A stretch of DNA of 33,296 nucleotides from an uncultured bacterium (GTDB taxonomy: Bacteria > Actinomycetota > Coriobacteriia > Coriobacteriales > Coriobacteriaceae). The stretch is taken from positions 1 through 33,296 of the forward strand of contig CAJMPM010000001.1 of the NCBI GenBank assembly GCA_905215225.1, given 5' to 3'. Position numbers and translations under genes: made by a program. Positions 1 through 8,428 of this stretch are shown in pieces. Below the pieces are notes generated by a model. The model did no database searches. It saw only the letters and a program-made list of their open reading frames with translations, and was not told where the DNA came from. Numbering within the stretch: the stretch's first letter is position 1; every line of letters starts with the position of its first letter.

Positions 1-2
1 CC

Positions 3-515
3 CTGCGGAGCCGAGCCGTTGACCTCGAAGAATCCCATGATTGGCTCGGTTGAGATGTTGACCGAGATTCTCCCCTGTTGCCAGACATTGATGCCTTCGA
101 AATTGGCGGAAGTCAGCGAAGCATAGCCGTCTTCCTGCTCCAAACCCACAATCTGCATGTGCGGATGAACGAGACTACCGCCCGAGAGAGGACCCTTGTT
201 CTTGTACATGAGCACGCTTCGATACTGCTGTGAATCGATCATCTGCTGCCAGCAACCCAGGGCAAACCTCATTACATGGTGGAGTTCATCCGACTCATAG
301 GTCACCAGGTCTGCGTCGTGATTGGCCGACTCGATCAATACGGTCTGACGGGTGGCCCGCAAGGTCTTGAACTTATTCTCGAGCCAGATGCAATCGCCAT
401 CGCGCCGGATGATATTGGCGAGTCCCTCGGTATCGCAAAAGGGGCACGCGGTGCCAGGGCGCCGGTTATCGTCGGGCTTGCCGTTCGCCTGCTGAACGTC
501 AAATACCAGCGCCAC
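3..515 (-). CDS. DUF4931-type / GalT-HIT superfamily protein (3' end runs off the window)
   Basis: Translated by hand because it is absent from the ORF track. GTG start at 515 after a GGAGG RBS. MALVFDVQQANGKPDDNRRPGTACPFCD...WLENKF...YKNKGPLSGGSLVHPHMQIVGL contains CPFC and the HxHxQ motif of GalT-like proteins. Confidence 0.8.
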   Translation of the reverse strand, partial: MALVFDVQQANGKPDDNRRPGTACPFCDTEGLANIIRRDGDCIWLENKFKTLRATRQTVLIESANHDADLVTYESDELHHVMRFALGCWQQMIDSQQYRSVLMYKNKGPLSGGSLVHPHMQIVGLEQEDGYASLTSANFEGINVWQQGRISVNISTEPIMGFFEVNGSAPQ

Positions 516-518
516 GGG

Positions 519-1196
519 TTATACCTCCAGCGGCACGATCTTGGTGCCATGGAGCTCGGAGACGCCCAGTGCCGCAGCCACGGTATCGCGGTTGGCCGTG
601 GAAATGCCGCCGCCGGGAAGAATGGTCAGCCGATCGCCCGCATACTCGACAAGACGCGACAGGTGCTCCAGGTTGTCCTCGATCGACGTTCCGGCAGCGC
701 CACCATGTGTCAGGATGCGCGTGATGCCGCAGTCGGCGAGTGTGTCAACGGCATCGAGCTGAGCCTCGAGCGAGAGCTGGTCAAAGGCCATATGGAAGGT
801 GATGTCGATGGGCTCGCGCTTGCACTCCTCGGTCGCGCAGCCCGCAGCCATCACGAGGGCGCCGAGTGTAAGTTCATCGAGCGCCCATCCGCCGGCACAA
901 GGTTTGCAGCAGCCAAAGACCAAGCCGTCGGCGCCGGCGCTCACGGCAAGACCCAAGTCCATCTCCATCATGCGCAGCTCGTCTTGGTTGTAATGAAAGT
1001 CGCCGCCACGCGGGCGAATCATGCACATCACCCGTGCATCGTGCTCGTGGGCATAGTTGACCGTAGCGCTGATAACGCCGGCCGAAGGCGTGGTGCCACC
1101 CACGGCAAGGTTATCGCACAGCTCAATGCGTCCCGCACCCGCCGCAATGGCCGCCGGCACCCGCTCAAAGTTCTCGGCACAAAACTCGTACAGCAT
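519..1196 (-). CDS. cutC: CutC family protein (TIM barrel)
   Basis: MLYEFCAE...GAGRIELCDNLAVGGTTPS...MIRPRGGDF...TFHMAFD...RILTHGG are typical CutC motifs. Start trimmed to ATG 1196. Confidence 0.92.
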   Translation of the reverse strand: MLYEFCAENFERVPAAIAAGAGRIELCDNLAVGGTTPSAGVISATVNYAHEHDARVMCMIRPRGGDFHYNQDELRMMEMDLGLAVSAGADGLVFGCCKPCAGGWALDELTLGALVMAAGCATEECKREPIDITFHMAFDQLSLEAQLDAVDTLADCGITRILTHGGAAGTSIEDNLEHLSRLVEYAGDRLTILPGGGISTANRDTVAAALGVSELHGTKIVPLEV

Positions 1197-1254
1197 AGAT
1201 AGACCCCCAGATGACAAACGTTTTCCGATGGGCATTGTCGCACGCCCCCATGAA

Positions 1255-1319
1255 GTTGCGGTGGAATAGGGACTGTTTTGGCCTCTGAGACTCCCATTTA
1301 GTCCCTATTCCACCGCAAC
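1255..1319. repeat. Perfect 20-bp inverted repeat with GGGAC/GTCCC inner ends
   Basis: GTTGCGGTGGAATAGGGACT (1255-1274) and AGTCCCTATTCCACCGCAAC (1300-1319), with a 25-nt spacer. Confidence 0.85.
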
Positions 1320-1377
1320 ATAAAGGGGGTAGCCGCTGGCATCTGCCACAACGCCGATGTTTTGGCAACGACAGCGA

Positions 1378-1476
1378 AAGCCCGCCAGAGCGAGCAAGGT
1401 GCCTTGAAACGAGGCGGCATTGACCTTCTGGTCATGCCGCCGAAGTTGAAAGGCAGATTGCCGCTCTGGCGGGCTT
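1378..1476. repeat. ~99-bp long imperfect palindrome (REP/MITE-like or structured RNA)
   Basis: Outer stem AAGCCCGCCAGAGCG/CGCTCTGGCGGGCTT, middle stem TGCCTT/AAGGCA, inner stem GGCGGCAT(T)GACC-ttct-GGTCATGCCGCC. Confidence 0.75.
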
Positions 1477-1489
1477 GTAGCGTCGAGCC

Positions 1490-1517
1490 GTTACGCGGTT
1501 TGGTAAAACCGCGTAAC
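1490..1517 (-). terminator. Hairpin directly after the GntR stop codon, probable terminator
   Basis: GTTACGCGGTTT/AAACCGCGTAAC perfect 12-bp stem abutting the stop at 1518. U-tract is weak. Confidence 0.5.
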
Positions 1518-2237
1518 TTACATCACCATAACGTAGCGCGATCCCACGTAGTACTGCTTACCCATCAGGACCGGCTCGCCATTGGGACCGGTAAAGCTGG
1601 CACGCAGGTTGAGCAGCGGATCGTGCGGAGCAATGCCCAACTCGGCCGCCTGCTCGGTATTGGCACGAACGGCCTCGACCGTGCGGTAGCCAACCGAGAC
1701 AATCGGCGTTCCGCCAACACGCTCGACCTCGGCAAAAATCGACTTGTCCTCAAGATCGGCCGTCAACAGCTCACGGTAGGCGTCAAACGGCACAAAGATG
1801 TTCTCCTCAAAGATGGGCTCGCCGTCGGCTGTACGCACGCGCTTAATATGCAGCAGCAGCGCGTCCTTTTGCAGGCCAAAGAACTCCATCTCGTTTTGAC
1901 GTGCCGGCACAATCTGGCGATCGACCACATGCGCGCCCGCCTTCATGCCATTATCGGCACACAGCGCGGTAAACGTCTGTAGCGTCGAAGCGTGGAACTG
2001 GCGGTTGATGTGCGGCGTGGAGACAAAGGTGCCACGGCCCTGCTGCTTAACCAGGTAGCCATCGGAGCACAGCTCCTCGACGGCGCGGCGCACCGTAATG
2101 CGGCTCACGTCGTACTGCTCGGCTAGCTCAAGCTCGGACGGAATACGCTCCTTGGGTGCATAAACACCTTTCTCGATCGCATCCTTGATTTCATCGTAAA
2201 TCTGCTGGTAAAGCGGTGCATTTTTGGGCGCGGGCAT
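1518..2237 (-). CDS. GntR/HutC-family transcriptional regulator (FrlR-like, wHTH + UTRA)
   Basis: PLYQQI...IPSELELAEQYDVSRITVRRAVEELCSDGYLVKQQGRGTFV wHTH, followed by a UTRA-like C-terminal domain. Confidence 0.92.
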   Translation of the reverse strand: MPAPKNAPLYQQIYDEIKDAIEKGVYAPKERIPSELELAEQYDVSRITVRRAVEELCSDGYLVKQQGRGTFVSTPHINRQFHASTLQTFTALCADNGMKAGAHVVDRQIVPARQNEMEFFGLQKDALLLHIKRVRTADGEPIFEENIFVPFDAYRELLTADLEDKSIFAEVERVGGTPIVSVGYRTVEAVRANTEQAAELGIAPHDPLLNLRASFTGPNGEPVLMGKQYYVGSRYVMVM

Positions 2238-2274
2238 ATCTGATCACTCTTATCGAAATATCGAAATAACTAAT

Positions 2275-2287
2275 ACGTATATAACGT
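2275..2287. promoter_or_regulatory. Putative GntR operator ACGT-N5-ACGT upstream of the GntR gene
   Basis: ACGTATATAACGT. Related boxes at 8279-8291 and 9551-9572. Confidence 0.55.
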
Positions 2288-2329
2288 CTAGTTTCATGTT
2301 ACCTCATAATGATAAAACGATACACCCTC

Positions 2330-2373
2330 CCTACCAAAAAGCGACAGCTTCATTTTGGTAGGTTTTATCTGGG
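2330..2373 (+). repeat. 44-bp REP-like hairpin element, copy A
   Basis: CCTACCAAAAAGCGACAGCTTCATTTTGGTAGGTTTTATCTGGG. Homologous to 3639-3682 (reverse), 4316-4359 and 11632-11668 (reverse). Confidence 0.85.
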
Positions 2374-2381
2374 AAAACGAA

Positions 2382-2415
2382 AGCCCCTCGAAAGCAGCGA
2401 GGCTTTCGAGGGGCT
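2382..2415 (-). terminator. Rho-independent terminator of yitT
   Basis: AGCCCCTCGAAAGC/GCTTTCGAGGGGCT stem, followed on the minus strand by TTCGTTTT. Confidence 0.7.
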
Positions 2416-2456
2416 CATACGGAAGGGTTGCGCCAGGCCGGCAAAATGCCAATACC

Positions 2457-3464
2457 CTACCTGCCGTCGTCCTGCTGCAGGCTGTCCTGTTCGCTGAGGC
2501 GCGCCTGCCTGCTGGCCATGCGCGCGGGCTTGTCGGGATCAGGTACGGCCGTGGGCATGGGCTCGTCGACATGACCGCCCCACCAGCCGCCCACAAAGTT
2601 GAGCGTGTGGAACACGTTGATCACGGCGCCGGGATCAATGTCGCACACCAGCTTGATAATGTCCTGACTCTCGTAGGTCGAGACAACGGTGTTCAGCAGG
2701 TACATCTTTTCGCGGCTGTATCCGCCGACGACCTCGGCGCAGCTAATGCCGTGCTGAAAATGGTTTACGTAGGCAGTCATGACCTCGTCTGCCTTGCGCG
2801 TCGTGATCTGCAGCGTCACGCGGTCGTAGCGACGATAGAAACTGTCGATGGTCTTGGTCGAAATAAACTGGAACACGATGGAGTACGCCGCATTGTCCCA
2901 GCCAAACATAAAGCCAAAGATCGCCAGGATAAAGCAGTTGAAACCAAAGATGACGCCCCAGATGGTCTTGCCCGTGTGGTTGGAGACCCATAACGCGATA
3001 AAGTCGGTGCCGCCGGTGGATGCGCCGGACTTAAGCGCAATGGCAGCGCCCAGACCCGAGACCACGCCGCCAAAAATGATGAGCATAATCTTGTCGCCCA
3101 AAAATGGAGCGAAGTGAAAGACGTTGAGGAACAGCGACGAGAGCACGACCTGCATCATCGAGAAGATGACGAAGCGCTTGCTAATGCCGCTCCAGCATAG
3201 GAGCGCCACGGGGATGTTAAGCGCAAGCATACCGAGCGAGATGTCGATGTGAACGCCGCCGAGCGAGGTAACGCGATCGAGCAGGACCGCGACGCCGGTG
3301 AGACCGCTCGGAAGCAGGTCGGCGGGCTGAATGAACGCCTGGATCAGGAATGTCTGGAGAACGGCGGAAATCGTGACCGCCACGGCAGTAATAGCGCGGC
3401 GAACGATGGTGAGGCGGCCGAGCACGAGCACGCGGTCCGTGAGCTGATCGATGGCGTTCGCCAC
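2457..3464 (-). CDS. YitT family membrane protein (DUF2179-type C-terminus)
   Basis: LLPSGLTGVA, LNIPVALL, GASTGGTDFIAL, GGYSREK...V...DPGAVI motifs. GTG start after AAAGGAG. Confidence 0.88.
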   Translation of the reverse strand: MANAIDQLTDRVLVLGRLTIVRRAITAVAVTISAVLQTFLIQAFIQPADLLPSGLTGVAVLLDRVTSLGGVHIDISLGMLALNIPVALLCWSGISKRFVIFSMMQVVLSSLFLNVFHFAPFLGDKIMLIIFGGVVSGLGAAIALKSGASTGGTDFIALWVSNHTGKTIWGVIFGFNCFILAIFGFMFGWDNAAYSIVFQFISTKTIDSFYRRYDRVTLQITTRKADEVMTAYVNHFQHGISCAEVVGGYSREKMYLLNTVVSTYESQDIIKLVCDIDPGAVINVFHTLNFVGGWWGGHVDEPMPTAVPDPDKPARMASRQARLSEQDSLQQDDGR

Positions 3465-3595
3465 GGAGGCTCCTTTCGAAGGCAGATCTAGTTGTGAGGC
3501 ATGCCCGCGATTGTAGCATGGAGCGTGCGGGAGCGCTTCAATTCACCCTCCCTCGACAACCATCAGAAGGACCGTGAGGCCGCCCAAAAGAAAAA

Positions 3596-3625
3596 CGCCG
3601 TGAAGAGAGCGGTCCCTTCACGGCG
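3596..3625 (-). terminator. Rho-independent terminator after the HAD gene
   Basis: CGCCGTGAAG/CTTCACGGCG stem, followed on the minus strand by TTTTTCTTTT. Confidence 0.75.
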
Positions 3626-3638
3626 AATTCGGCATTTG

Positions 3639-3682
3639 CCCAGATAAAACCTGCCAAAATAAACCTGTCCCTAAATGGCAGG
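3639..3682 (-). repeat. 44-bp REP-like hairpin element, copy B (overlaps the HAD stop codon)
   Basis: Reverse complement is CCTGCCATTTAGGGACAGGTTTATTTTGGCAGGTTTTATCTGGG. The TAG at 3671-3673 lies inside it. Confidence 0.85.
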
Positions 3683-4300
3683 TAGGATGTCGGTCAGGTT
3701 GTCGATGACGACGTCGGCGGCGGACTGGTCCAGGTTGACGCCTTCGTGCGGGCGCAGCGCCAGGACGCGGGCGCCGGAGCGCTTGCCGGCCTCGATACCC
3801 AAAGGCGAGTCCTCGATAACCAGGCACTCGGTAGGCTCCACCCCCAACGCCTCCATGGCACGCAGGTAGATCTCGGGATCGGGCTTAAACGCACTGCACT
3901 CGTGACCGCTGATGGTGTAGTCCAGCACGTCGGCGATGCCGGCAATCTCCACCAGCTCGTCGATGAGCTCGCGATAGGACGAGCTCGCGATGGCGCACTT
4001 CACGCCGCGCTCGTGCAGCTCACGCATCACCGGCTCCGTCTGCTCGTTGAGCAGCTCGGCATACGGAACGGGATGGTCCGGGCTGTAGACCTGCTTGTAC
4101 TCCACGCGCAGGCGCTCGCGCAGCTCAACATCGTCGGGCACCAGCGCCTCCCAAATGGCGGGCTCGTTAGACCCCGAAAGATCGGGAATCTCGTCAAAGT
4201 GGAACCCCTTCTCTTCCATAAACGCCACGCGGCGACGGTTGTAGAACCACTCGGTATCGACCAGCACGCCGTCCATGTCAAACAGCACTGCCTTGATCAT
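3671..4300 (-). CDS. HAD-family phosphatase (beta-PGM/Gph-like)
   Basis: MIKAVLFDMDGVLVDTE (motif I), IASSS, KPDPEIY, VIEDSPLGI. Start trimmed to ATG 4300 after GGAGGAG. Confidence 0.92.
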   Translation of the reverse strand: MIKAVLFDMDGVLVDTEWFYNRRRVAFMEEKGFHFDEIPDLSGSNEPAIWEALVPDDVELRERLRVEYKQVYSPDHPVPYAELLNEQTEPVMRELHERGVKCAIASSSYRELIDELVEIAGIADVLDYTISGHECSAFKPDPEIYLRAMEALGVEPTECLVIEDSPLGIEAGKRSGARVLALRPHEGVNLDQSAADVVIDNLTDILPAI

Positions 4301-4315
4301 ACGCATCTCCTCCCA

Positions 4316-4359
4316 CCTGCCAAAAAGGGACAGGTTTATTTTGGTAGGTTTTATCTGAG
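4316..4359 (+). repeat. 44-bp REP-like hairpin element, copy C
   Basis: CCTGCCAAAAAGGGACAGGTTTATTTTGGTAGGTTTTATCTGAG, immediately upstream of the HAD RBS. Confidence 0.85.
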
Positions 4360-4394
4360 GTTTTGTGGCGCGAGGGATACGCCCTCCCCAGAGC

Positions 4395-4430
4395 AAAAAA
4401 AGGGGACGGGGCGCAAACCCCATCCCCTTT
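4395..4430 (-). terminator. Rho-independent terminator after SIS deglycase 1
   Basis: AAAGGGGACGGGG/CCCCATCCCCTTT stem plus a 7-U tract on the minus strand. Confidence 0.75.
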
Positions 4431-4461
4431 CAATCAACCCGTAAGGTTTACTTACTTGTGA

Positions 4462-5445
4462 TTAGTAGGAAAGCTTCCACATGTAGCGACGCATGGTCAG
4501 CGGGTGCTGGCGGGCCTCGGCGATCTGGTTGCCGTACTCACGCATAACGGCGAGGTGCAGCAGCGGGTTGAAGTAGGTGACAACGCTCGCGGGCACGGCG
4601 TCAGCCAGGCCGTAGTCCTTGGAGTCGATCAGAGCGACCTTGGCGCCCATGCGCTTAAGGAAGGTGAGGGCGCGGGCGTCCATCGGACGGGTAGCGCCAT
4701 CGGACATGAAGAAGACGTAGGGCTTACCCTCGGTGGAAACCTCGAACGGGCCGTGGAAGTACTCGCCGGTGTTGTAGGCGGCGGCGTCGATCCACTGCAT
4801 CTCGGTGAACAGGAAGGCGGCGTGAGAATAAGCCATCTTCTCGGAGGCACCGGAAGCCATGAAGTAGATCATCTTGTCATCCTTGAAGTCCTCGGCGAAC
4901 TTCTTGGCGAGCTTCTTGCAGGACTGAGCGGCGTTCTCGCAGAGCTCGAAGACGTTGGTGAGGCCGGTGATCATGTCCTCGTAGTGGTCATAGCCCTCGG
5001 TCTGCTGAAGGATCTCGAGAGCAAGAGCGATAGCATAGCCGGGCTTCTCGCACTTGGCAGCGTAGTTGGCGTGGAAGCCGTGAACGATGACGTGGTCGGC
5101 GTCGACGGTCAGAGCGGAGCCAGCCTTGTTGGTGAGGGAGACGACCGGGCAGTTGTGCTTCTTGGCGGTCTTGTTGGCCTCGACGGTCTCGGGCGTGGAG
5201 CCACCGAGGGAGCAGGTGATCACGAAGGTGTGCTCGTTGACCCAGGAAGGCGTGTCGTAGTTGAACTCGTTAGCGGTGAAGATCTGAACGTTCAGCTTGT
5301 CCGTGTTGTTGGCCAGGAAGTACTTGGCGGGATACAGGTCGGACATGGAAGCGCCGCAGCCGACGAAGGCGACGCTGTGGATCTCGTGGTTGGACAGGAC
5401 GTCAGCGACGATCTGCTTAGGGAGGTTAAGGTCGATCTCGTACAT
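4462..5445 (-). CDS. SIS-domain fructosamine-6-phosphate deglycase (FrlB/FraB/GfrF-like)
   Basis: FVGCGAS, SLGGSTPETV, FTEMQWI, GEYFHGPFE and C-terminal HPLTMRRYMWKLSY, all typical of the FrlB family. Start ATG 5445 after AAAGGA. Confidence 0.85.
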   Translation of the reverse strand: MYEIDLNLPKQIVADVLSNHEIHSVAFVGCGASMSDLYPAKYFLANNTDKLNVQIFTANEFNYDTPSWVNEHTFVITCSLGGSTPETVEANKTAKKHNCPVVSLTNKAGSALTVDADHVIVHGFHANYAAKCEKPGYAIALALEILQQTEGYDHYEDMITGLTNVFELCENAAQSCKKLAKKFAEDFKDDKMIYFMASGASEKMAYSHAAFLFTEMQWIDAAAYNTGEYFHGPFEVSTEGKPYVFFMSDGATRPMDARALTFLKRMGAKVALIDSKDYGLADAVPASVVTYFNPLLHLAVMREYGNQIAEARQHPLTMRRYMWKLSY

Positions 5446-5535
5446 CTGACACATTCCTTTCGATTTTTGCGGCGCCACATTGCCGGGCGCTCGCAGGGTT
5501 ACCGTGGTTTGGACCGAGTCGCCGGCCCGTTGAGG

Positions 5536-5610
5536 ATGCGACAAAGGAACTGTCCCTTTGTCACATTTTGGGGATGGACGCCTGCCTGGGGTATGGGATG
5601 CCAGGCAGGC
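5536..5610. repeat. Two intergenic hairpins between PTS IID and the deglycase gene
   Basis: ATGCGACAAAGGAACTGTCCCTTTGTCACAT (5536-5566, near-palindrome containing CTGTCCC) and GCCTGCCTGG/CCAGGCAGGC (5580-5610). Confidence 0.65.
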
Positions 5611-5644
5611 CCCCGGGGGAAAGCGGTTAGGCGCTTAGTCGCGA

Positions 5645-6478
5645 CTAGGCCAGGATGCCGGCCGCGGAGAGGGCGATGCCGCCCACAATGGCGATCACGA
5701 GAAGCCAACCGGTGTTGACGTTCTTCTTGATGAGCCAGTACATAAGGCCGGTGAGGCCGAGGGAGATCATCTGGGGCATCATGCCGTCCAGGATGTCCTG
5801 AATCACGACGGTGCCCTCAGCGAACTGCAGCGGGGTGGTGGCGCCGATCAGCGTGGCGATCATGCCGCCCACGGACATAAGACCCACGATGCCGCAGACA
5901 TACATGAGCTTCTCCATGAGGTCGCCGCCCTGAAGCTTGCTCAGGTACTCGTGGCCGCCCTGATAGCCCATCTTGGCTGCGAACCAAGTGATCAGCACAG
6001 AGGGGACGATGGAGATGAGCATGGCCAGGATCGGGCCCATGATGGAGCCCTGCTGAGCCAGCTGAACGCCCAGGCCAAAGGCGATAACGCGGATGGTGCC
6101 CTGGAAGAAGGAGTCACCGATGCCGGAAAGCGGACCCATGAGGGAGGTCTTGACCGCGTTGATCGAATCGGGATCGAAGTTCTCGGGATCCTTGGCGTAC
6201 TCCTCCTCCATGGAGGCGGCGAGGCCCAGGATGAAAGCGCTCGTCTGCGGGGTGCAGTTGTAGAACGCCATGTGACGGTGGTAAGCCTCTTTCTTAGCAG
6301 CGAGCTGCTTGGGGTCGGACTCATCCGGATAGAGGCGATCGAGCGTGGGAACCATGCCGTAGAGGAAGCCCATGTTCATCTGACGCTCGTAGTTCCAAGA
6401 GGCCTGGATGGCCCAGGAGCGCCAGAAGAACTGGCTGACCTTCTTGTTCAGGGACACGTCCTTGGTTGCGGTTGCCAT
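5645..6478 (-). CDS. PTS mannose/fructose/sorbose family EIID
   Basis: QASWNYERQMNMGF, RHMAFYNCTP, KTSLMGPLSGIGDSFF. Start ATG 6478 after AAGGAGGA. Confidence 0.95.
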   Translation of the reverse strand: MATATKDVSLNKKVSQFFWRSWAIQASWNYERQMNMGFLYGMVPTLDRLYPDESDPKQLAAKKEAYHRHMAFYNCTPQTSAFILGLAASMEEEYAKDPENFDPDSINAVKTSLMGPLSGIGDSFFQGTIRVIAFGLGVQLAQQGSIMGPILAMLISIVPSVLITWFAAKMGYQGGHEYLSKLQGGDLMEKLMYVCGIVGLMSVGGMIATLIGATTPLQFAEGTVVIQDILDGMMPQMISLGLTGLMYWLIKKNVNTGWLLVIAIVGGIALSAAGILA

Positions 6479-6491
6479 AGTGTGTTCCTCC

Positions 6492-7286
6492 TTAGTCTTC
6501 GTCGTCTTCGAGCGGATCGTAGTCGGAATCGACACCGGCGGCTGCATGGGAACCGTTGAACTTGAAGCCCATGAAGACGACAGCCAGGCACACACCGATC
6601 AGAGCGACCGCGATGACGGACAGGTTGAGGTAAGCGGCGAGCAGGAAACCGATGAACAGGAACGGAGTCATACCCTTCTTGATCATCATGGTGAGCAGCA
6701 GGGCCAAGCCGTAGGCGGTCATGATCTTGGTCGAAACGTTAAGACCAGTGGACAGCCACTCGGGAACCATGTTGACGATGGCCTGAACCAGGTCGGTGCC
6801 AACAAAGACGGCGAGGAAGATCGGCAGGAAGTACATGACGGCGTACAGACCGGAGCCGGCGCAGATGTGCATACGGTAGGCGGTCTTGAACTTTCCGTTA
6901 TCAATCGCGCTATCTGCCACATGGGTAAGGGCGGCGATGATGGAACGGAACACGATGCCGAGGAGCTGACCCAGGACGGCGACCGGGATGGCGATCGTCA
7001 TGGCGGTCTCGGCAGAAGCATCGGTCAGGCACGCAAAGGCAGCGGCCACGATGCCGCCCAGGACCATATCGGGCGGAACGGCGGCGCCGACCTGCACCAG
7101 GCCCATGGACACGAGCTCGACGGCGGCACCGACGGCAAGGCCGGTGGGCACATCGCCCAGCAGCAGACCGACGAGCGTAGCGCCAACGAGGGGCTGCTCG
7201 AAGTTAAGACGACCGAGCAGGCGGGAGTCCCACATGCAGAACACGCCGACGAGGCCGACGAGCACCGCACTGATGAACGTATTCAT
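6492..7286 (-). CDS. PTS mannose/fructose/sorbose family EIIC
   Basis: QPLVGATLVGLLLGD...GAAVELVSMG...GAAVPPD, AIPVAVLGQ. Confidence 0.95.
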   Translation of the reverse strand: MNTFISAVLVGLVGVFCMWDSRLLGRLNFEQPLVGATLVGLLLGDVPTGLAVGAAVELVSMGLVQVGAAVPPDMVLGGIVAAAFACLTDASAETAMTIAIPVAVLGQLLGIVFRSIIAALTHVADSAIDNGKFKTAYRMHICAGSGLYAVMYFLPIFLAVFVGTDLVQAIVNMVPEWLSTGLNVSTKIMTAYGLALLLTMMIKKGMTPFLFIGFLLAAYLNLSVIAVALIGVCLAVVFMGFKFNGSHAAAGVDSDYDPLEDDED

Positions 7287-7322
7287 ACCCTTCTCCTTTC
7301 AGTCAGGCAAAAGCCTGGTTGA

Positions 7323-8246
7323 TTACAGCTTGGCGTCGATGTCGACGCGCTGATACGTAGTGGTCTGCTGAACATAGAGCTTGATGCCCATGTCGAGCAG
7401 CTGGTTGACGTCGGCCTTCTGGGTGGCGTCGAGGAAGACGGAGCTGTCCTTGCCGCCGACCTGATCGGCACCGTCGTGGTTGGCGGTGGCGCCCAGGTTG
7501 ATGGCGTCGAGCTTGTAGCCCTGGCAGAACTGCAGCATCTCGGCAGTGTTGCCAAAGACGAACATGACGCGCTCGCCGAGGGTGTTGAGCTTGTCCATCT
7601 TGGCGAGGGCACGCTCGACGGTGAAGACGTTCAGGCGCACGCCCTGGGGCTTGGCCAGCTTAAGAGCGCCCTTCTTGATGTCATCGTTGGCGGCAGCGTT
7701 GTCGACGACGATGATGCGCTCGGCCTGAACCTTGGTGGTCCAGGTAAAGACGACCTGGCCGTGCAGCAGACGGTAGTCAAGACGTGCGAGGACGATCTTG
7801 GCGGGACCGGAGCTGTGACGGGACGCCTTGGCCTTCTTGGCGGGAGCCGCGGCAGCCTCGACCGGTGCGTTGGGGTTGGTCAGACCGGTGCGGGCCTCGT
7901 TGATGAGGGCCGCGAGCTCGGCGCCCTTGATGGGGACGGGGCTCATAGCGAGCGTCAGTACCAGCGGGATGTTGAAACCGCTGACAACCGTGAACTTCGT
8001 GCCGTTCTTGGAAAGCTCGACCATGTTGTTGTTGACCGAGCTGCCGAGCATATCGGTCAGCACATAGACGGTGTCGTCCGCGTTGAACGTGGCGATCATG
8101 GCGTCCACCTTATTGGTGATGGGCTCCTTGTCGTCACGAGCAAGCGACACGACGTGGACGTTCGACACGTCGCCGAGAACCATCTCGAGCGTGTCTTTGG
8201 CGCCTGCGGCCAGGCCGCCATGAGATGCGAGAATGATCTGATTCAT
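7323..8246 (-). CDS. PTS mannose family fused EIIAB
   Basis: IIA: ILASHGG, LTDMLGSSVNN. Ala/Pro/Lys-rich linker. IIB: RLDYRLLHGQV. RBS AAGGAGGAGG. Confidence 0.95.
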   Translation of the reverse strand: MNQIILASHGGLAAGAKDTLEMVLGDVSNVHVVSLARDDKEPITNKVDAMIATFNADDTVYVLTDMLGSSVNNNMVELSKNGTKFTVVSGFNIPLVLTLAMSPVPIKGAELAALINEARTGLTNPNAPVEAAAAPAKKAKASRHSSGPAKIVLARLDYRLLHGQVVFTWTTKVQAERIIVVDNAAANDDIKKGALKLAKPQGVRLNVFTVERALAKMDKLNTLGERVMFVFGNTAEMLQFCQGYKLDAINLGATANHDGADQVGGKDSSVFLDATQKADVNQLLDMGIKLYVQQTTTYQRVDIDAKL

Positions 8247-8262
8247 CTTGCCTCCTCCTTTT

Positions 8263-8351
8263 CGTTATGGTCATTATAACGTCTTATACGTTGCTTATAT
8301 TGCTAATTAGTATAAAGACCGTTCGCGGGTGAAAATCGACCGTTGACGGGT
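8263..8351 (-). promoter_or_regulatory. PTS operon promoter region: -10 TATACT, operator-like box and upstream direct repeat
   Basis: AGTATA at 8309-8314 reads TATACT on the minus strand. ACGTCTTATACGT at 8279-8291. GACCGTTnnCGGGT at 8317-8330 and 8338-8351. Confidence 0.55.
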
Positions 8352-8428
8352 TTAACGTACTCGTAACGTTGGCGCAGGGCAGGTCGGCGCTGGCCAGGCG
8401 GTGCCCGATCAGACGCCGCGCCAATCCC

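Noticed and set aside
2251..2268. Short tandem TATCGAAA x2 upstream of GntR1
   Set aside because: Only two 8-bp units. Too weak to call phase-variable or regulatory.
2330..4359. Repeated 44-bp elements as a possible CRISPR array or integron attC sites
   Set aside because: Irregular gene-sized spacing, alternating orientation, no cas or integrase gene, and no GTTRRRY-type ends.
4301..5544. Longer N-terminal starts given by the ORF track (e.g. HAD 4423, SIS1 5544; also IID 6595, Rrf2 26186)
   Set aside because: The extensions run through terminators, repeats or upstream genes. Downstream starts have clear RBSs and match family N-termini.
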